Below, one piece after another: positions 22,006 through 29,040 of a stretch of DNA of 29,040 bases (its first letter is position 1; each line of letters opens with the position of its first letter). Source of the DNA: Macrostomum lignano (lineage: Eukaryota); assembly GCA_002269645.1 (NCBI GenBank), contig NIVC01004068.1:1-29040 (forward strand), in the 5' to 3' direction. Position numbers and translations under genes: made by a program. The notes under the pieces were generated by a model that worked only from the letters and a program-made list of their open reading frames with translations, was not told the origin of the DNA and did no database searches.

Positions 22006-22188
22006 GTTTGTGTCCAGAAGTTCCTGTATTTTTTGGCCAAGCTCTATGTGATTTTGTATGATCAACTTTGTTCCTGTGAATAAGCTGCACTAGCACATTG
22101 GTGTCCGTGCAAAACTCAACAATCATCAGCAGTTCCAACAAGTCTGCCGAGTCGGCTACTAAGGTTTCGTTAAACCACGCGTTCGAGT
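22006..22188 (-). CDS. Candidate internal exon (183 nt, phase 1-1) of unknown product
   Basis: Acceptor gtcattttacag and donor GTAAGT bound an open frame SNAWFNETLVADSADLLELLMIVEFCTDTNVLVQLIHRNKVDHTKSHRAWPKNTGTSGHK. No domain recognised. Confidence 0.45.
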
Positions 22189-22532
22189 CTGTAAAATGAC
22201 TATTGACGTTCAGCTCTATGTTCAGACACTTGAACAGAACGTCGGAGTTCAGATAGTACCAATTTATAAGTACAAAAAGCTAACAGGAAAGTGTTTGGCC
22301 ACGGCCTTAGGCAGAAATTTGAGTTCCAGAGGTGAGTCGTGTTCATGCGCGTGGTTTACTAGTTTAGTAAGTGGTTTAGTAGTTATAGTTTACTATAACT
22401 ACTAAACTTCCAAGCCGAGTCACTTTCTTGTATTTGCTGCCAGAAAAATTCAGGACAATGCTTTATTTCTTGCGAGTCACGCATTGGCTTGAACTGAATT
22501 CCTTTGCTCGAGGTCTTTGATTCCTCGAAGAA

Positions 22533-23478
22533 TCAAGAGCTAGCCTGTCTATCGGCTTCGAGGTTGCCGAGCTTAAAATGCACCATGGCAACTAAGCACT
22601 GTCGGGCAGAGAAGGCACAATTCGGAATTCGTGAGGCGTCATTTAGGAATGACAGCAGCTTGTCACCAACACTGATCATCGCTGCACAATCTCAGCAATA
22701 GGCTGCGAATCGCGTCATACAGATCGTGGGACTGAAGGTTGCCCCAGTGGATTTCCAGTGCTATACTCGCCTTCATCACTGCATGACTGCATAAGGAACG
22801 GATAAAAATGGAAGTTTGCATCTTTTGTGATTGGTTGCAGTTGAGCCTTGAACTTTTGAACAATGTTCAGGATATCTTCGATACTTCATGAAGAACAGTC
22901 GCAATGCGTTGCTTCCCACTGTTCCTTTTTTGAGATATATATCCAAGCATTTCACAGGGAAAAATGCCTCATTAGCTTATTCTCGTCGCTTGACTCACGG
23001 ACTATAGCAATTGTAGAGCTTACACAATGCCAGCCTTGTCAGGTAAATCAAGTTTTGTGGCATCCAATCCTTAGATGGTGTTTCGTCCACCAGATAGAAC
23101 ACTATGCTCTTGGCGTGATAAGTTTTCAACCCTTTAACTTGCAGTGGAGAGATACTGGCTGTCGCACTCGCAAGTCCCATTGAAGTGAACTATGCGATTT
23201 CTGTCAATAAAGGTGATGTCGATTTCAGAGTCCTGCTCTGTCCGGCCGTCCAGTCGCACCAGACTGCTTGACCAGCCCTCGGGGAAGCTGCCAACGAAGT
23301 GATTGTCGTGCTCTGCGAACTCGCCGAAGTTTGCAGCCGTCGCCTCACTATGGACTGTGTGACTTCGGCGAGTGCGCTTTGCATTCTGGCTCTTTCTTGT
23401 TGGGTGAAGCCGGCTGAGTTTAATGCCGAGTGCAGATCACTGCTCAATGCGGCTTCATCGGTTGTGTCAATATGGTCT
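22533..23478 (-). pseudogene. Mab-21 / cGAS-like receptor (cGLR) nucleotidyltransferase region, frameshifted and internally deleted
   Basis: VGSFPEGWSSSLVRLDGRTEQDSEIDITF (GS..acidic-h-D signature, 23295-23218), then GLKTYHAKSIVFYLVDETPSKDWMPQNL, LMRHF and LQPITKDANFHFYPFL. These are Mab-21 N- and C-terminal motifs spread over several frames. Confidence 0.75.
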
Positions 23479-23915
23479 CTGATTCAATGGAAAGAGCACG
23501 GTACTGTATGTAATGAGTGTACATTCAAAACTCTTTTACAAAAAATGATTCGGAATCGACCGAGTATCTATATCAGATTGCTCACTAAGCATCTCTCGCA
23601 ATCGATCAACAGAAGGACTGTTTGCGCAATCTGGAAGCTGATTGACATTTGGGTCGAGTCACATCAGTTGAATCAGAGCAAAAATCATATATACACAAGA
23701 TGGGCCACTCATTAACCGCTTATGAGGCCATAAAAGCTATTGTAAAAAAATTGTGTTTCGCGACAGCGCGAAAATCAACTACTAAACTCAATTTCGTCAG
23801 TAGTGTCTGCAGTAAATTCATCATTCTTAGTTCAATTGAGTAGCTGTTTATCGAAAAAATGAGAATATAAGATCTACGAGCTATGAATCAAAGTACCGCA
23901 CTGACCATGCATACC

Positions 23916-24665
23916 ATTGCAGCAGGCGTTAAAAGCCAGCAGAATTTTTTACAACCGGGTCGCATTCTTCGCTAATCAGTGGTCGATGACAGCAGCTCTG
24001 CCCGCGCACGCAGCCGGGTGAAGCGCGCGCTGACTCTAGCTATGCATGACGGAGCTGTGCTTTCGGGTCGGTGCCAGCTAGCGTGAATTAGCTCAGCTAT
24101 ACAGACTGACGCGCCGCTGTAGGCAGCTGCATGAGGAGGCGTCGTCCCTCGATTATCTTGGAAATTCGGATCCGCCATTGCCATTCGAAAGCATGGCCTG
24201 GAGTAATCTGACGTCTCCACTCTGAGCCACCAGGTGCATTTGTGATGAAATCTTTTCTTTGAAGGTTGCTGTCTGCCCCAGATAAGATCATTAGTCTAAG
24301 AGACTTTGAGAGCCTTCTCAAATCCATTCTCAGCTGCGATGTGCAAGGCAGTAGCTCCAAAAGATCGTTTGATATTTGTATCGGCGCCGGTTTTAGTCAG
24401 CCATCTCTACTACAATAACTGAATGGTCATGCCAAGAGGCCAGATACAAGGGGAGTTTGTCCATCATCAGCCTGAGAATCCACACGCGCCATCCATTTGA
24501 TAAGCAGTCTAACGGCCTTCCTGACCACGCTCTGAAACGAAGTGAATCGCCGTGCGACCAAATGAATCCTTGGAATCAGGATCGGCGCCCAATTGAAGAA
24601 GCTCCTCTATTTTTTGCACCTTTCCATCAGTGGCTGCATCAGTGGCTGCGCAAATTAATTTCAAT
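23916..24665 (-). pseudogene. Ankyrin-repeat exon (~6-7 repeats), frameshifted; probable 5' part of the cGLR gene
   Basis: LLQLGADPDSKDSFGRTAIHF, VRLLIK..DDGQTPLYLASWHDH, GADTNIKRSFGATALHIAAENGF, GADSNLQ, ADPNFQDNRGTTPPHAAAYSG. Putative acceptor before 24665 and GTATGC donor after 23916. A 12-nt tandem duplication (GCAGCCACTGAT) is present. Confidence 0.85.
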
Positions 24666-24730
24666 CTACACAGAGCACCAGCACGAAGATAAGTTTACAT
24701 GAACGTGGTGCAGCGAAATACTAAACAGCG

Positions 24731-25463
24731 ACTGTTAACCAATTTTATTTTTGCAATTTACCATCTGAAATCTGCGTTTATATAAAAAATCAGCTTCACA
24801 GACCTTACTGTTGCTTTAGTGCAGGTCTCCAATCTTGCCTAGCGTGATGTTGAAACGTCAGTAACTGTACGATGTCGCATACAGGCTAAATAAATCTACC
24901 CCTAGAACTACGAAATACCCAACAACAACTGATAACCAATTTTATTTTTGCAATTTACCATCTGAAATCTGCGTTTATATAAAAAATCAGCTTCACAGAC
25001 CTTACTGTTGCTTTAGTGCAGGTCTCCAATCTTGCCTAGCGTGATGTTGAAACGTCAGTAACTGTACGATGTCGCATACAGGCTAAATAAATCTACCCCT
25101 AGAACTACGAAATACCCAACAACAACTGATAACCAGTTTTATTTTTGCAATTTACCATCTGAAATCTGCGTTTATATAAAAAATCAGCTTCACAGACCTT
25201 ACTGTTGCTTCAGTGCAGGTCTCCAATCTTGCCTAGCGTGATGTTGAAACGTCAGTAACTGTACGATGTCGCATACAGGCTAAATAAATCTACCCCTAGA
25301 ACTACGAAATACCCAACAACAACTGATAACCAATTTTATTTTTGCAATTTACCATCTGAAATCTGCGTTTATATAAAAAATCAGCTTCACAGACCTTACT
25401 GTTGCTTCAGTGCAGGTCTTAAATCTTGCATAGCGTGATGTTGAAACGTCAGAAATGTACGAT
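24731..25463. repeat. Tandem array of 197-bp unit, ~3.7 copies
   Basis: TAACCA anchor at 24736, 24933, 25130 and 25327; units almost identical. Confidence 0.97.
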
Positions 25464-25529
25464 TTCGTAACTAAGGGTTTGTAACTTTGAATTTGTAAAA
25501 TAACCAGCTTATACTCGTCGGTAATTATA

Positions 25530-26884
25530 GAACAACAGCGCCAGCAGGCGAATAATCAATTGTCTGGCCCATTGATCGACAATGTCGGGCGCCCCAACGT
25601 TGCTCAGGATGCAGTCCACGTATCTCCGTGTCCTCGGTCGCTTGAGCCCGCCTGAACTGTTCTAGCAAAGTGAGCGGCAGGATGCCCTGGACAGGCTAGG
25701 GCAATCGCCCGGATCACGTAGCGCCTGTCAGTTGGAGTCGCCGTCTCGCTGCAGGATGGTACATCCTTGGACAGGACGCTTTTGTCAGCCTGAACGCATG
25801 GAGCAGCCCCGCGGCCGAGTGATCCAATTGTTTATTTAGCTGTTGCTCCAGCGTGGCCGTTAACATCGGGACGCTAGAATTCGTGCGACTGGATTTCGCG
25901 CGATCTGGCATTCGAGCGACTGCATTTGCGCGACTGGAAATCGAACGACCTGGAATTAAAGGGCGCGGCTTCTTTCTAGCGACTGGATTTCACACGACTG
26001 GATTTAAATCCAGTCGATCTAAATCCGGTTGCGCGAAATTCAGTCGCGCGAAATCTAGTCGCTTGAAGTACATGTACGTCGCGAGAAATGATGCAGTCGA
26101 ATTCAATTTCAAGTCGCCTAAAATCATCCGATTCGCGCAAAATCCTGGTGCGCAGAAGACAATTAGCGCAAAATCCAGTAGCGCGAATTCTAGCATCCCT
26201 TGAACATCCACGTCTCTGCAGCGTTGTCGAGCAACACGGTCTCAACAGCCGAGCCCTCTGACGATCGGGCAGCGCTTTGGACTGAAGGATGGCGCGAATC
26301 GACCGGTAGGCCGTCCAGGCAAGTCCTCTCGATCTAGATCTGCGTCGCCGAATTTTGTCCTCAACGTTGGGCATCAGACCGTTGAGGTGAACCGCTGACA
26401 GCGCGCGAGGTTGGTCGTCTGCCCGTCTGCGCCGCGGCATTACGCTGTGGTGACGGCAGACGGCTTGTCTGACCTGTTTGAAACTTCGTTTAGGAGTGCT
26501 ACACAGAGCGACACATTCTAGCGCCGTTCCTCTTCGTGCTGCTCCTGGCATGGATTGTGCAGCTTCGGAACGGACCCCCTTCAGCAGGCGACGGCGCTTC
26601 CTGCTGCGCAGACACATCGGTCGCCGCCACAACGAGAAGCGCCTGAGCGGTTCTGGGCTACGCCGACGACCTCACACTCCTGTCCTCAACTGTTGATGGC
26701 GCACAGCGCTAGATTAAGGTTGGTCGAGGTGGCATCAAAGCGTCGGCCTATTTGTCGACACGCTGAAAGACCGAGGCGCTGGCATGACCAGCGAGCCGAT
26801 ATCCCAGCGGAGCTGACATATCACCATACAGCGATATGATGGCGTCAACTAGCTGCTGGGGACTCGACAGGTTCGTAGTAGGAC
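25530..26884 (-). mobile_element. 5'-truncated RTE-type LINE remnant, interrupted by a MITE and containing an internal inversion
   Basis: Minus strand: PQQLVDAIISLYGD (26860-26820), then CRGADG..GLAWTAYRSIRAILQSKALPDRQRARL and LTATLEQQL..RRRLQLTG. Plus strand 26441-26819: VVTADGLSDLFETS..APFLFVLLL..LGYADDLTLLSST..ADIPAELT. Confidence 0.85.
25868..26199. mobile_element. MITE, possibly Mutator-like (332 bp), nested in the RTE remnant
   Basis: About 34-bp imperfect TIRs GGGA(C/T)GCTAGAATTCG.GC.ACTGGATTT, internal GCGACTGGATTT repeats and 9-bp flanks GTTAACATC / TTGAACATC (7/9 identical). It splits the ETW.LT motif. Confidence 0.75.
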
Positions 26885-26956
26885 AAAAGAAAGTGTTACT
26901 CTTAGCACTGAATCAAATGCCATAATAATTAAAAACCCTAAAAAATGCCGAGTAAA

Positions 26957-26994
26957 GGCCGAGACCTTTCACAGAGTCGTGAAAGGTCTTGGCC
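26957..26994. other. Stable hairpin (16-bp stem, one G-T pair, 6-nt loop)
   Basis: GGCCGAGACCTTTCAC-AGAGTC-GTGAAAGGTCTTGGCC. Confidence 0.8.
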
Positions 26995-29040
26995 CCTCGG
27001 AGTTGTAACTCCTTTAATTTCCTATTTTTCCGAGGTTCATGCTGGCGCGTACAGACTGAATTCATATGCAATTGCTTCCAGCTTGTACTTTGTTTCATTT
27101 TACGAAATTGTACCTTTAAATGCATAATCACATGCAAGGGCCCGAGTCACCACGCGGGACAGGGGCTGACATCGGGACAACTGTGCAATGTCCCCCCCCC
27201 CTGGTCTGAGTGAAAGCTATGAAAAAGCGAACAAAATGAGTGTCTGTTTGGCAATAAAATTGAGTGTTAAAAACACCGATATAAAAAATAATGTAGGAAT
27301 TTCATCACTTAGAATTCTTGACTTTGTCCCGATCCCCACACCATAAAATCCATAGCGACGCGCTCACGCCCTGATCACATGCAAGTTAAGAATTACATCT
27401 AATTGTGCAACATATTTACACATGTTTAATATTTGATCAATTAGATTTGTAAGGTCTATAGAGAAATCACAATTCATCAATTCAAGGTGCACTGTTGGAT
27501 TAATTTACGTATTGACTGTATTAAGTTATTGATAGAATTTTTACGACAATTACATGCATTCTTCTGGAGAAGTAACATCATAATCTTATAAATTACATGT
27601 ATCCTATCTTATATTTTTATCTCAATATTTTTATTTCATATGTAATATTCAAAACCCATGTTTTATAAGGACCTTTAACTTTTACGAATTTTTTAGCGTC
27701 AATTGAAACCATTATTTGAATTGCTATTAGTTAATTTATTAATTTACCACAATATTTTTGAGTTCAAAGTAATTGTAGTTAACTTAATTGTAGTTAACTA
27801 CTGTCTTTATCGAGTGTAAAAAGAACGAAACATTTTTTATAAATGTCTACTAGTTTCTTTGCTTATTCATTCTACATATTAATTTTTAATTTTTATCATA
27901 TTTAGAAGAGTTCTTACTTCATATTGTTATCGTCACATTATCACATACAACGATAATGATAGATCGAGCTGACTCCGAGATCGAACCGTGGTTTTTTGAA
28001 TATTCGTCTCCATAATAGTACTTGTTTCTACCAAAAAATATAAATAAAACGAGAAAACGTTTGAATAATATTGTATTTTATTCATTTTTTAAAATATTAA
28101 TGTCAACTTTAAACTTAAAGCAGTAAACATTTGTTTTAATATGTATTGTAACATATTCCGTTACGGCGGGATTTTAAAGTACGATTTGGGAACTGGAACT
28201 GACGAAAACGGTTTTCCAAAATACTAGGTATTTTATATACAATACTCGTACTTAGCCTTATAATATTATTAAATGCACCGAACTATACAGGCCAAACAGG
28301 CTTTTTGCCTGAGCTATACTTACTACTACGTTGGTTTAAACCAAACACTCTAACACAAAATTTATATTAGCTAGGCCTAGCTCAGTTCAGGTGTAGATAC
28401 TTTACAAATTCGCAACAACAGGCCAAGCAAAAATCGAAAAATGCCAAATGGTGACGCTTTATATAAAAAATATTATATTATAGACATTTATAGACAAAGG
28501 CTGAATTTGTGCCCCCTTGTTGCCACCATTGTTCATACTCTAGGCCTACCCTTTGTGACTATTGTTCTTATATATAATGTTGCATTTGCATATGCTATGC
28601 TATAAAAGGCTGAACTTCATATCAGAAGTATGCTGAACTCTGAAATTTTGTATGAAATGTCTTCTGTTCACTTTATTTGCTGAGAACATCTAAGTTTTGA
28701 AACCAACTTGATTTTAAATTGTGCCAATTTAATTTGATTGCTATCTACTTACTAACACTAACTAAACTACATTAGCATTAGGGCAGGGCCTATCTATATT
28801 ATTAATATTAGCCGCAAGCAAGAATATTTATTTATTAATAAATAAAAATATTTTATTTTTACACCTAGTCTAATTTTGTAAATAGTATAAAATATTAGGC
28901 CTAGGCATAAACCTAGCCTATCTATATTATAAGCCATAAATTAAGATTTAGAATTAAGTTATGTCTATTTTATAATGTACTAAACCAAACCAACTAGTCT
29001 AAATCTAATTCAAAGTCCATATACTAAAAATGGTAATGCT

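Noticed and set aside
24731-25463. CRISPR-like array
   Set aside because: Whole units are identical with no unique spacers, and the context is eukaryotic.
26441-26884. Twin-priming 5' inversion as the cause of the RTE inversion
   Set aside because: RT sequence upstream of the inverted block persists in the original orientation.

Overview
Intron- and transposon-rich metazoan DNA with no rRNA, tRNA or CRISPR. The repeat families recall the flatworm Macrostomum, but this is unverified. All domain calls are motif recognition from memory, not database searches. The minus strand carries innate-immune-type coding pieces. There are three symmetrical phase 1-1 exons, each encoding one F-type lectin domain (274-666, 6589-6981, 13454-13849). 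There is also a decayed gene built from an ankyrin-repeat exon (~23916-24665) followed by a Mab-21/cGAS-like nucleotidyltransferase region (~22533-23478). The second lectin exon lies in a near-identical 3.46 kb direct duplication (54-3532 copied to 6389-9850). That copy sits between the truncated right ends of two facing THAP/P-like DNA transposons (3947-6356 and inverted 9851-10873). The rest is mobile DNA: Harbinger-, Mutator- and foldback-type MITEs, a Gypsy integrase with its 3' LTR, a Ngaro/DIRS RT remnant, an RNase H-bearing LINE flanked by CAA tracts, two RTE-type LINE remnants (one internally inverted), two Helitron-like ends and a 197-bp satellite.
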